Source: Isosphaeraceae bacterium (lineage in GTDB: Bacteria; Planctomycetota; Planctomycetia; Isosphaerales; Isosphaeraceae). From it: a DNA stretch of 52,980 bases. Both the position numbers and the translations under genes were made by a program. Every line of letters starts with the position of its first letter. Position 1 is the stretch's first letter. A model generated the notes under the pieces. That model made no database searches, was not told the origin of the DNA, and saw only the letters and a program-made list of their open reading frames with translations. Of this stretch, positions 1-10,000 are shown piece by piece. Location: positions 186,001-238,980 of the forward strand of contig CBDAVP010000011.1 in the NCBI GenBank assembly GCA_965201075.1. The letters run 5' to 3'.

Positions 1-1
1 T

Positions 2-994
2 GGGGATTTCGAGCCAGTCGGCCATGACGTAATAGCCGTCGTAGCGGAGCAGGGGGTTGGCGTTGAAGAGCAAGGTATTGACCGAGCAGACGAACATCGT
101 GGCGAGCATCAGGCTGTTGAGCAGTCCTTGCTCGGTGTTCCACCAGACAAACGTGGCGATGGCGGCGAGAAAGCATTCGACGTAGATGCCGGCGGCGGAG
201 ATCCAGATGCGTTTCCACTTGCTGGGCAGTAGCCAGCTATCGGTGACGTCGCAATAGAGCGCTGGGGTGAGCACCAGCAGGAGCATCCCCATCTCGTGGA
301 CCTCGCCGCCGAAGTGCTTGGCGGTGAGGCCGTGGCCGAACTCGTGGATGATTTTGACGATCGCCAGACTGCACCAGAAGTAGAGGATCGTGTGCCAGTT
401 GAAAAAGCTCTGGAACTCGGGCAGCTTGGCCTGGAAGGTGGTCCACTGGCTGGCGACGAGGGTGATGGCCGAGGCCATCAAGATCACGCTAAAGGTGTTG
501 AACCAGCCGGAATAGAGCCACTTGAAGTAAGGGTACATCCACGTGAGCAGCTTTTCGGGGTCGATGATCGGGATTTTGATGTAGAGGATGTTGCCCAGGA
601 ATTGCCAGACGCGCTTCCAGCGATTCTTGCGACGGCGCTCGATGAGGGCGCGGGCCTGGTCGGGGGTGTCGACCTGGGCGATGCCGGCCTCGTGCAACTG
701 GGCGGCGAATCGGAGTAGGTCGTCGACGGAGATGGTTTGGGGCCGATACGTCCGCTCGAAGGCGCGCTTGACGTCTTGAAGGTTTTGCTTGCCGTCGAGT
801 TGCTGGAGGAGGAAAAACTCCTCGACCTTGAAGCGGAAGTATTTGAGCGCGATGGGGTCCTTGACGACGTAGTGCGTCATCCCCTCGTAGAACTGGGGCT
901 GGACGATCAGGTCGGGCCGGAGCTTGATCCGAAGATGCTCGGCGGCCTGCCCCGCCGGCAGGGCCGGCGTCTGCTGCATGGGGTCGACTTCCAT
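2..994 (-). CDS. Site-2 protease (M50) family membrane metallopeptidase with an N-terminal PqqD/RRE-like domain; runs off the left edge of the window
   Basis: Not in the ORF track because its stop lies outside the window. Manual translation from ATG at 994: MEVDPMQQTPALPAGQAAEHLRIKLRPDLIVQPQFYEGMTHYVVKDPIALKYFRFKVEEFFLLQQLDGKQNL...HEFGH (346-332)...NANPLLRYDGYY, giving the HExxH and NxxPxxxxDG motifs of M50. Confidence 0.9.
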   Translation of the reverse strand, partial: MEVDPMQQTPALPAGQAAEHLRIKLRPDLIVQPQFYEGMTHYVVKDPIALKYFRFKVEEFFLLQQLDGKQNLQDVKRAFERTYRPQTISVDDLLRFAAQLHEAGIAQVDTPDQARALIERRRKNRWKRVWQFLGNILYIKIPIIDPEKLLTWMYPYFKWLYSGWFNTFSVILMASAITLVASQWTTFQAKLPEFQSFFNWHTILYFWCSLAIVKIIHEFGHGLTAKHFGGEVHEMGMLLLVLTPALYCDVTDSWLLPSKWKRIWISAAGIYVECFLAAIATFVWWNTEQGLLNSLMLATMFVCSVNTLLFNANPLLRYDGYYVMADWLEIP

Positions 995-1151
995 CGCTCG
1001 GCGGGCCCCGGGAGGAATGGTCGCGAGTCGTGAATTCCGAGTGGTGGGGACTTGAGGTGGCGGATTTGAGGTCGAGTCGCGAGCGGCCCTGGTGGTGGTC
1101 CGTCGTCAGGAGGCCGGGCACGGGATTCCCGACTCGCGACTCGCGACGGCC

Positions 1152-2111
1152 TTACTTGCTCTTGGCCACCCGATCTTCCAGAGGCAGCATATCGGCCGGG
1201 GCGGGGGGGACGGTGGTGTCGACGTAGATGGTCATCTCAGCCTTGAACCCGGGGCGGAGTTCCTTGGCCTGGTTGTTGACGATCTCGGCGTAGATCTCGA
1301 CCTCGGTGTTGCCGATCGTGTTGACCTCGGTGCCGATCGCCACGATCTTGCCTCGGAACCGCTTTTGCTCGATGGGGATGTCGGCGTCCTCGACCTTCGG
1401 CCTGAGGTCGACCACCATGCCAGGACGGACCCGGCCGAAGTTCTCGATCGGTAGAAATCCGTAGAATTTCAGGCGGTCGACCTTGCCCAGACGGACGACC
1501 GCCTCATTGGCCCGGACGGTTTCGCCGGGGTGCTTGAGGACCTTGAGGATCAGGCCATCGAAGGGGGCCAGGATCGTATGCTCGGCCAGCGCCTGGCGGG
1601 CGAGGTTTTCCTCGGCCCTGGCCAGCTTGACGGCGTCGGACGCCTCGACCACCTGCGACTCGGCGACCTTGAGCTCGGCCTCGGCCTTGCCGTACTCGTC
1701 CTGCGAGACATAGCCGTTGCGTCGATCGTTGAGTCGGGTCAGGCGGGCCAGGACGGCCAGGGCCAGTTCCTTCTGAGCGGCGGCCTTGGCGGTTCCGCCC
1801 TGGGCATTGGCGGCGACCTCGGACTTGGCCTTGGTCAACTGGGCCTTTTCGGAGTGGAGCGTCCCGATGGTGCCGCCCTGAGGAACTTCCATTCCCTCGC
1901 GCATTTCCATCTGGTCCAGGACCCCCTCGGTCAGGGCCGAGACGTCGGACCTTTCGATCCACTCGATGGTTCCGGGGATGGTCAGCGGCTCGGACGCCGA
2001 GGCCGAGGGTCGGGGGGCGGGGCCGCGACCTGGCGGCTGTGCGGAAGTTATCGCGGCCAGGGCGGCCACCATCCCGGCGGCCAACGCGGCGGGTTTCGAG
2101 AGCAGGCGCAT
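1152..2111 (-). CDS. HlyD/RND-type periplasmic adaptor (membrane fusion protein)
   Basis: N-terminal signal peptide; lipoyl half-motifs (VSALTEGVLDQMEMREGMEV; ILAPFDGLILKVLKHPGETV) flanking a coiled coil; C-terminal LRPGFKAEMTI. Confidence 0.9.
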   Translation of the reverse strand: MRLLSKPAALAAGMVAALAAITSAQPPGRGPAPRPSASASEPLTIPGTIEWIERSDVSALTEGVLDQMEMREGMEVPQGGTIGTLHSEKAQLTKAKSEVAANAQGGTAKAAAQKELALAVLARLTRLNDRRNGYVSQDEYGKAEAELKVAESQVVEASDAVKLARAEENLARQALAEHTILAPFDGLILKVLKHPGETVRANEAVVRLGKVDRLKFYGFLPIENFGRVRPGMVVDLRPKVEDADIPIEQKRFRGKIVAIGTEVNTIGNTEVEIYAEIVNNQAKELRPGFKAEMTIYVDTTVPPAPADMLPLEDRVAKSK

Positions 2112-2184
2112 CGTTCAGCCTCCGGGAGTCGAGGGAAAAGCGTCTCGTGGTCGATTTCAAAAAAGGCGGGCGTGCCGGTCGGGT

Positions 2185-4266
2185 TCAATTCAGGAACGGC
2201 CAACGGAACAGAATCGTTTCGTGGAAGAAGTGGATCACGTCCCGCAGCAGGACGTAGGCGAGCCGGGCCTGGCCGCAGTCGACCCGGGCGCGAACCTCGG
2301 CTCCGGGGCGGAACTCGCGGTTGTGCTGGAGGAAGTCCTCGCGGACTTTCGAGCTGAACCCGACGGTGACCTTGGTGCCGTGCTTGCCCTCGATGGTCTC
2401 GGCCTTGGAGGCGATCCGCTTGACGTAGCCGGGGTAGCGGTGTTCGGGGTCGGTCGCCAGGACGAAGTAGCCGGACAGGGTTGAGCCGGGCGGCATGGTC
2501 CCGTTGGCGATCCGCGCTTTCAGTTTGTGCTGGGCGTCGAGGATGGGGCCCATGTCGTCGTCGGGGACGTCGACTTCCAGGTCCCAATCTCCCTCGGTGG
2601 CGGCGATCGAGATCAGTTCGGCGCCTTGTTCCATCGGACGCCCCTGGAGGTTCTTGCGAACGTCCCAGGTGGTGACGATGCCGTCGATCGGGGCGAGGAC
2701 GGTCAGCGATTTAATCTGGGAGTCGAGGATGCGGATCTGCTCCTTGGCCCCGTCGCGTTTGATCTCGGCCTCGCGAAGCTGACCCTTGATCTGGAACTCG
2801 TCCTCGGGCCGGCCCGAGCGACCGGAGGAGTGGGCGGCATCTTGCCGACGCAGGTAGCCTTCCTGGGCGATGGCGGCGTCGCGGTCCTTCACCGCTTCGG
2901 TCCGGTTCTTGTCCAGTTCCTTGCTTTCAAGCTTGAGGAGGATGTCCCCCTTCTTCACCTTCTGCCCGTGCTCGACGAAAATCTCGTTGACGACCCCGCC
3001 CACCTCGGGAGCATAGGTGTTGGAACGGTCGGTGGTCTGGAGCGACCCGCGTCCCTCGATCGTCAGTTTCCAGGGAACGAACGCCAATGCGGCGACGACG
3101 CCCACGACCGCCAGCAAGACGGCGCCGATCTTGGCCAGGGTGCGTCCCTTGAAGAACCGCACCGGGGAACCAATCGCCTTGAGGACTGGCAGCAGAAAAA
3201 TCTTGTCGTGCTCGCGGGCGTTCCAAAGCGCCGTGGAGGCATGACGGGCGACGACCTCGGAGCGAGCGTGGGCGTCGGTCGAGGCTAGCTCGTCGCCGAT
3301 CTGCTCGGAAACGAGGCAGCCGTAAACCGTCTTCTCCTTGCTGGTGTCGGTCTCGGGCTTGTGCAGCAGGACGATGATGACCGACTTGGCGCCCGACTCG
3401 TCGACGTACATCTCCAGGGCGTCGCGCAGGTCAGGGGCGAAGGTCTCGGTGTTGCCGGTGTAGACCAGGTCTTCCCCGGATCGCATCACGGCCTTGCAGA
3501 GGCGGGTCAATTCGCGGATCAGGTTGGCCCGCTGCTCGACGACTTCCTGACCGCTCACGGCCTCGATCAACGGCCGGCCGCCCAGCTTCAGGCAGACGCT
3601 CAGGCGGTCGCAGCCGATCAGGCGCTTCCCCTCGTTGGCGACGGCGTAGGCGGTTTCCTTGAGGTCGAGCGACGAGTGGACCGTCTGCGAGAACAATTCC
3701 AACTGGGTCCAGAGTCGTTGCTGGGAGACAATCTGGCGGTTCTGGCGATTCTTGAGGTACTGGGCGGCCAGGTCGCACAGGTCGCTGACAAACCGCAGAG
3801 TGCTTTTCTGGGTCGCGGCGCGGCGGGTCGGGTCCATCAGGATTTCGACGAGCCCGACGACCTGCTTTTCGACGATCAATGGGGCCAGGATCAAGGCGAA
3901 GCCGGTGGGATTGCCCGCGCCGGGGACGCCCTCGATCGCGGCGCCCGGCGGGATGATCTGGGGCTGGTTCGCCCTCATCATGCAGCCGAGCAGGGCATCG
4001 TGGGGCTGCGAGCGGGTGCGGCCGTCGAGGAGACCGGTGAGGCCGAACTCCAGATGGTGTTGGAGTTTGAGGCTTCCCTTGCCATCCAGCAGCCAAAGCG
4101 CCCCCCCGCTGGCGGCGACCGCGGCGATGACGCGGTTGAGGAACTCGGCGTGGAATTCCGGCGGCTGGATGTCGCTCTCGGCGAGTTCGGCGATCTCGGC
4201 GACGAGCTTGCGGATCTGGTTCTTGGTCTGCTCAAGCACGCCCGGATCGATGGTTTCTTCCGCCAT
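2185..4266 (-). CDS. GAF-domain-containing HlyD-family adaptor protein
   Basis: Two GAF-like segments (ILAPLIVEKQVVGLVEI; GCDRLSVCL), one TM helix (IGAVLLAVVGVVAALAFVPW), then an HlyD module (EIFVEHGQKVKKGDILLKL...VLAPIDGIV...RPGAEVRARV). Confidence 0.85.
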   Translation of the reverse strand: MAEETIDPGVLEQTKNQIRKLVAEIAELAESDIQPPEFHAEFLNRVIAAVAASGGALWLLDGKGSLKLQHHLEFGLTGLLDGRTRSQPHDALLGCMMRANQPQIIPPGAAIEGVPGAGNPTGFALILAPLIVEKQVVGLVEILMDPTRRAATQKSTLRFVSDLCDLAAQYLKNRQNRQIVSQQRLWTQLELFSQTVHSSLDLKETAYAVANEGKRLIGCDRLSVCLKLGGRPLIEAVSGQEVVEQRANLIRELTRLCKAVMRSGEDLVYTGNTETFAPDLRDALEMYVDESGAKSVIIVLLHKPETDTSKEKTVYGCLVSEQIGDELASTDAHARSEVVARHASTALWNAREHDKIFLLPVLKAIGSPVRFFKGRTLAKIGAVLLAVVGVVAALAFVPWKLTIEGRGSLQTTDRSNTYAPEVGGVVNEIFVEHGQKVKKGDILLKLESKELDKNRTEAVKDRDAAIAQEGYLRRQDAAHSSGRSGRPEDEFQIKGQLREAEIKRDGAKEQIRILDSQIKSLTVLAPIDGIVTTWDVRKNLQGRPMEQGAELISIAATEGDWDLEVDVPDDDMGPILDAQHKLKARIANGTMPPGSTLSGYFVLATDPEHRYPGYVKRIASKAETIEGKHGTKVTVGFSSKVREDFLQHNREFRPGAEVRARVDCGQARLAYVLLRDVIHFFHETILFRWPFLN

Positions 4267-4522
4267 GGGAGTCCCCGAAGGCTAGGGGCCGGACAGGACA
4301 GGACCAGTCGGAGGGGCTCGCGTCGCCCGTCCATCGAAATCGAGGTGGTCCGCGAATCGCGCGTGCTGTCTCCAACGCAACGGGACGGCCCGGCACCCAT
4401 CCTTCCCGAAACTTTTCCGGACGGACCGGCCTCGCGGGTCCATTCGACCGAACCGGTTGCCCGGGAGGGCGCTTGCGGAGTAGATTGATCGCTCCCGACC
4501 TCCGCCCTTCCGGAAATGGCCG

Positions 4523-5098
4523 ATGGCCGAGGCATCCTCCCGACGGACGTTTGGGCTGGCCGACGCTTTGATCCTGCTCGCTGCGACCGCGGCGGGATTC
4601 GGAGCGATTCGGCAGATCTTCTCGATGGGGGTGTCGGGATGGCTGCCCCGGGAGGTCACCCCGCTGGCGGTCCTGGGAATCGTGGGGGGCTTGGCGGCGA
4701 TGGCCAGCCTGCCGGCGATGGCCTGGTCGTGGGCATTGCTCGGCCTGCGAGTGTGGTCCCCCCGGACGTATCGAAGGGAATTGGTTCGCCGGGCGGGGTC
4801 GGTCGCGATCGGCGCGGCCTGCGCGGTAAGCCTCGTGTCGGTGTTCGCCCTTTTCGGCGGCGACGCCCTCGCGGGGAACCCCGAGGGTTCGCACCACATG
4901 GCCGTGTTCGCGGTCGGCCTCATCCCCGTCCTCGTGGCCAAGGCAATTTCGCTGGGCTGGCTGGCATTGCTGATCTTGGATGGTCACCCCACGATCGAGG
5001 CCGATTGGATCGACACGGCGGGCTGCGTGCTGGGGGTCTTCTGGATCCTGACCGGACCGCTTGCCCTGCTTTGGTTTAGTGAAATCCTTCGGAGCTGA
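4523..5098 (+). CDS. Multi-pass membrane protein of unknown function
   Basis: 191 aa with about 5 hydrophobic segments; shares RRxFxLAD and DWIx..G..LG..W motifs with the next gene. Confidence 0.75.
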   Translation: MAEASSRRTFGLADALILLAATAAGFGAIRQIFSMGVSGWLPREVTPLAVLGIVGGLAAMASLPAMAWSWALLGLRVWSPRTYRRELVRRAGSVAIGAACAVSLVSVFALFGGDALAGNPEGSHHMAVFAVGLIPVLVAKAISLGWLALLILDGHPTIEADWIDTAGCVLGVFWILTGPLALLWFSEILRS

Positions 5099-5280
5099 TG
5101 GCCCGGAATGGTCCTCTCGATGGGCGTCCGCCTGTCCTCGGGCCCATCGTCTTGCTGGGCGGTTCCATCGCCGGGCCACTTTGACGGCGCCCCAGATTAG
5201 AACCCATTTGTTCAAGAGGAGCCCGCGTTGGTGGATTTGGCGGCTCGGCCTCTTTCTCCGCGAACCCTGGGGCTGGCTCG

Positions 5281-5844
5281 ATGAGTCGCGAGACGCCGCT
5301 GCGACGGCGGTTCACCCTCGCCGATGGGATGGTTCTGGTCGCGGCGGTCGCCCTTTGTCTGAGCCTGACCGGATGGTTCTGGCGGTGGATGGCCCCGATG
5401 TCCATCCGTTGGGGATCGCCGGTATTGGCCCTGAGTGACCTGGCAAGCGGTCTGTTAATCGCGACGTTTCCCTCGGCGACGGTGGCGACCTGGACTTTGA
5501 TGATCCTGCGACGGCTTCCGCCGAGGCCCCCGCGAGTCGTCCTCGCCCGCCAGCCGGGGGCGTTGGTCGTCGCCGCTGGAGGACTGCCCGCCCTCACCTT
5601 GAATGCCGCCTGCCTTGTGACGGTGGCCTACTTTATTCGATCTGGTGGAAGGTCCATGAGCGGTCCATTCCTGATCCTGTTCGGGATGCCTGGGGTTGCC
5701 GTGGCCTCCATCTGGCTGACTCTTTGGCGGGACGGCTTGATTGCCAGGGAACAGGATTGGATCGAATGGGTGGGTCGGCTGCTGGGCTTCTACTGGATGG
5801 CCGTGACCTTGCTGCTGGAAGGCATTCTTCTCTTTCTGGGATGA
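5281..5844 (+). CDS. Multi-pass membrane protein, paralog of 4523-5098
   Basis: 187 aa; RRRFTLADGMVLVAA at the N-terminus and DWIEWVGRLLGFYW near the C-terminus; ATGA overlap with the next gene. Confidence 0.75.
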   Translation: MSRETPLRRRFTLADGMVLVAAVALCLSLTGWFWRWMAPMSIRWGSPVLALSDLASGLLIATFPSATVATWTLMILRRLPPRPPRVVLARQPGALVVAAGGLPALTLNAACLVTVAYFIRSGGRSMSGPFLILFGMPGVAVASIWLTLWRDGLIAREQDWIEWVGRLLGFYWMAVTLLLEGILLFLG

Positions 5845-6872
5845 GACACCTCATGGACGACCCGATCGAGACCGCGGGCCTGGCCCTGGTCACAGGGGCC
5901 ACCGGTCTGCTGGGCAGTCACATTGCCCAACGCCTTCGACGACGCCAAATTCCTGTCCGGGCCCTCGTCAGGCTCGGCAGCGATACCGCATTCCTGGAAA
6001 ACCTTGGTGTGGAAGTCGTCCGCGGCGACCTGGGACGTCTGGAAGACTGCAACGGCGCCATGCGCGGCGTCGCGACGGTCTATCACTCCGCCGCCAAGGT
6101 GGGCGATTGGGGACGCTGGGACGAGTACCAGCGGGGCTGCCTCGATGCGACCGTCAATCTGGCCGGGGCGGCCGTCAAACAGAAGATCCATCGGTTCGTC
6201 CACATCAGTTCCACGAGTGCTTATGGTCATCCCAGGGAAGGGGGGCCTATCGTTGACGAGTCGGCGCCCCTGGGCCAGAATCTCTGGTGGCCCTGGGACT
6301 ATTACACGATTAGTAAGGTCGAAACCGAACGACTCCTGTGGCGATTGGCCGAATCCGAAGCGCTTCCGCTGACGGTGATCCGCCCGAGTTGGCTTTATGG
6401 CGAGCGAGATCGGACGACGGCCCCTCGACTAATTCACCGCCTGAAGCGCGGCAAGGTGCCGATCATCGGCAAGGGGGATAACCCCCTCAGCGCCATCTAC
6501 GCTGGTGACGTGGCCGAGGCGGCGATTCTGGCCGCCGACAGCCCCCGGGCGGTTGGTCAGGCTTACAACGTCACCGACCAGGGGCCGATCACCCAGCGAG
6601 AGTTCTTCGGGTTGTGGGCGGCGGCCTGCGGAGGCTCGCCGCCTCGCCGCCGCCACCGCTACCCGTTGGCGTTCGTCGCGGGGTTTTTGATGGAAGCCGC
6701 CGGCAAGTTGACGAGACGCCGACGACCGCCCCTCCTCACCCGTTATGCCGCCTGGCTGATGGGGCGTCGACTGGCTTACAGCACCGCCAAAATTCGCAAT
6801 GACCTCGGCTGGTCCCCCGAGGACACCTATGAGGCGAGCATTCGACGCACGGTCCGCTCATTCGGGTCGTAG
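5841..6872 (+). CDS. NAD-dependent epimerase/dehydratase (extended SDR)
   Basis: LVTGATGLLG Rossmann motif, HSAA, HISSTSAYG, YTISK (YxxxK), IRPSWLYG. Start at ATG 5841 or 5853, not 5724. Confidence 0.92.
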   Translation: MRHLMDDPIETAGLALVTGATGLLGSHIAQRLRRRQIPVRALVRLGSDTAFLENLGVEVVRGDLGRLEDCNGAMRGVATVYHSAAKVGDWGRWDEYQRGCLDATVNLAGAAVKQKIHRFVHISSTSAYGHPREGGPIVDESAPLGQNLWWPWDYYTISKVETERLLWRLAESEALPLTVIRPSWLYGERDRTTAPRLIHRLKRGKVPIIGKGDNPLSAIYAGDVAEAAILAADSPRAVGQAYNVTDQGPITQREFFGLWAAACGGSPPRRRHRYPLAFVAGFLMEAAGKLTRRRRPPLLTRYAAWLMGRRLAYSTAKIRNDLGWSPEDTYEASIRRTVRSFGS

Positions 6873-7077
6873 CGAAAGTTCCGGCGGAGCGAACTTTGCC
6901 GACTGGATTTCCTCGGTGTCCGACAACCGTGCTGGGGGGATCTTGTCGGGAGACGGGATTTTGCACACGATTGAGGGAGACTGCCGGTCGGGCAAGCGCG
7001 ACCGCGCGGACGACCGTCCGCCGAACCGGCAAGTGTCTCCCGGCCCGCCCCTCCCGCCGCTATGGGAAACCACTTCC

Positions 7078-10000
7078 ATGATTCGCAAACTTGCCTGGTC
7101 GGGGGCTCTGGCGTGCTCGCTAGTCTCCGGCCCTTTTGCCGCTAGCGCTCAGGAAACGGCGACGCCCGCCCCGTCCGCCCCCGCTTCGGGCGAGGCTCGC
7201 ATCGATATTGAGTCGATGGCCCGTCGGTCCCAAGCCCACGGGGGAGGGGGAGGCGGCTCGGACAGCCACTTCCGCGACTTCGACGAGGTGACTCAGGGCG
7301 CCGATCGACTCGAAGGGTTGTTCACCCTCTTCCACAAGGACAGCCACCTCTACGCCGAGATCCGCCCCCACCAGTTCGACACCCCGCTGATTGCGCCGAT
7401 CGCCATCGCCCGAGGAATGGCGATGGCCGGACAGCCTTTAAATTTCGGCGACGAGTGGGTTCTTTCGTTCCGACGAGTTGGCGACCGAGTCCAGTTGGTT
7501 CGCCGTAATATCCACTACAAGGCGTCGACCGAACCGTTGGAGAAGGCCGTCAAGCAGGCCTATACCGACTCGATCCTCCAGTCCCTGCCGATTGTCTCCA
7601 TCAGACCAATGGGGGGGGGCCAGTCGGCCCTGGTGGACCTTTCCGACGTGTTCCTGAACGACTTCGCCGAGCTGGGCATTGGCCCGATTGACCGGAGCCG
7701 GACGAGCTGGCACAAGATCAAGGCGTTTCCCAACAACCTGGAACTGGAGGTCGAGGCAACCTACGGTGGCGGCTTCGGCGGCTACGGTGACGACGGCGTG
7801 GCCGACCATCGGGGTGTGACGCTGATCGTCCACTACAGCCTGGTCAAGCCACCGGACGCCGCTTATCACCCCCGGCTGGCTGACGATCGCGTGGGACATT
7901 TCCTCAGCGCGGTCAAGGATTTCAGCCAGAGCGATCCCGACACCAGCTTCGTCCGTCAGGTCAACCGGTGGCGGCTGGAGAAGTCCAATCACAAGGCCAA
8001 GGTTTCGGCGCCCAAGCGGCAAATCGTCTGGTACATCGAGGATACCGTGCCGCTGGAATATCGCTCCTACGTCCAGGAGGGCATCCTGGAGTGGAACAAG
8101 GCGTTCGAGAAGATCGGCTTCCGCGACGCGATCGCGGTGCGCTGGCAGGAGGAGGGGCGCGACGACTTCGATCCCGAGGACATCAATTACTGCACCTTCC
8201 GCTGGATCACCAGCAACAGCACGTTCGCGATGTCGGGCCTGCGGTCCAACCCGATCACCGGCGAATTGATTGACGGCGACGTGGTCTTCGACGCCAGTTG
8301 GATCAAGGAATGGAAGCAGGAATACGCCTTCCTGACCGGAAATCCGCCCGCGTCGTCCCGCCAGGCCGGAGGTAGGTCCGAACCGTTGGGCGTGGGACGC
8401 ATCCTCAGTCCGATCATGGCGATGAAGCAGGGGTATGGCCTGGCCGTGCCGCCTCCCTCGGCGGAACTGGGCGACGTGGCGGCCAACCTCGGGGAACGGG
8501 CCCCGCGACTCATCCCCGCCGAGGGGGGCGAGCTGCAAGCTTTGCTGGGACAACGGTTGGGCCATTCCCAGTTCAGCGGCTGCCGCCTCAGCAGTGGGAT
8601 GCGGGCCGAACTGAGCCTGGCCGCCATCGCCCTTTCGGCCGACGAACCCAAGGTGGCCGTCGCTCCCGAGGAAGCCAAGAAGCCGGTGGACGAGGCCAAA
8701 AAGCCCGAGGACAAGCCCAAGGACGAGGCCAAGAAGGACGAACCCAAGAAGCCCGAGGACAAGCCGACCAGCAAGAAAGAGAAGGAGAAGGAGGAATCGC
8801 GCCTCCCCGATGAGTTGATTGGCCAGGGGATCAAGGAAGTGGTCATGCACGAGGTGGGCCACTCCCTCGGCCTGCGGCACAACTTCAAGGCCAGCACGAT
8901 GCTCTCGGGTGACCAACTTCACGACACGGCCATCACCCACGTGAAGGGCCTGGTGGGCAGCGTCATGGATTATGCCCCGATCAACGTGGCGCCCAAGGGC
9001 CGTCCTCAGGGCGACTACTTCTCGACGACCCTCGGTCCTTATGACTACTGGGCGATCGAGTACGCCTACAAGCCGATCGACGGGGACGAGGCTGGCGAGT
9101 TGAAGAAGATCGCCTCCCGAGCCCCCGAATCGGACCTGGCCTACGGAACCGACGAGGATATGTACCAGACGCACGACCCATTGGTGAACACCTACGACCT
9201 GGGCTCCGACACCTTGCGGTTCGCCCAGGACCGCGCCTTGCTGGCCTCGCAACTGCTGGGCGACCTCGACGGCCGGGTGGTCAAGGATGGCGAATCGTGG
9301 GGTCGGTTGCGGCATGCCTTCGGCATTTTGATGCAGCAGTGGGGCAACGGGACCTACCTGGTCAGCGAATATGTTGGTGGCCAGCACGTCCACCGCGACC
9401 ATAAGGGGGACAAGGACGGCCGCGACCCGATCGTCCCGGTCTCCGGGGCCAAGCAGCGTGAGGCGCTGCGGTTCCTGGTGACCGAGGTCCTGGGAGACAA
9501 GGCGTTTCACTTCTCGCCCGGTCTGCTCCGCAAGCTGACGACCGAGCGCTGGTATCACTGGGGCAGCGACTCGCCCAACTCAGCCACCGGGGTTGAATAC
9601 CCGGTGCTGGATGAGGTTTTGGGGATTCAGAAGATCGCCTTGAATCGCTGCCTGGGCTCGTCGGTCCTCGCCCGGCTCCAGGAGCAATCGCTGGAAGCCG
9701 ACGAAGGGGCCCAGCCCTTGACGATGGCCGAGGTCTTCCGAGCCCTGACCGACGGTGTCTGGTCGGAATGCCCGTCGGGGGATGGCCCACCCACGGTCAC
9801 TTGCTCGACGATTCGACGCAACCTCCAGCGAGAGCATCTTCGCAAGCTCGGCACGATGGTCCTGGGCACGCGCCGCAACTCGATGAGCGACATTTACTCG
9901 TTCCTGGTGATGGTCGGCGGCAGTGGCAACCTGCCGCCCGATGCCCGCAGCCTGGCGCGGCTGCACCTCAAGGAGATTGGCGACCGCGTGGGCAAGGCCC

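Noticed and set aside
7007..7016. Guanidine-II (mini-ykkC) riboswitch suggested by CGG-ACGA-CCG
   Set aside because: Only one ACGR hairpin is present where two are required, and the downstream gene is not a guanidine exporter.
7438..9558. 706-aa antisense ORF and many similar long shadow ORFs (3361-4488, 32802-34301, 38999-40720, 49416-51080)
   Set aside because: They lie opposite genes with clear motifs and show no recognisable domains; expected from high-GC codon bias.
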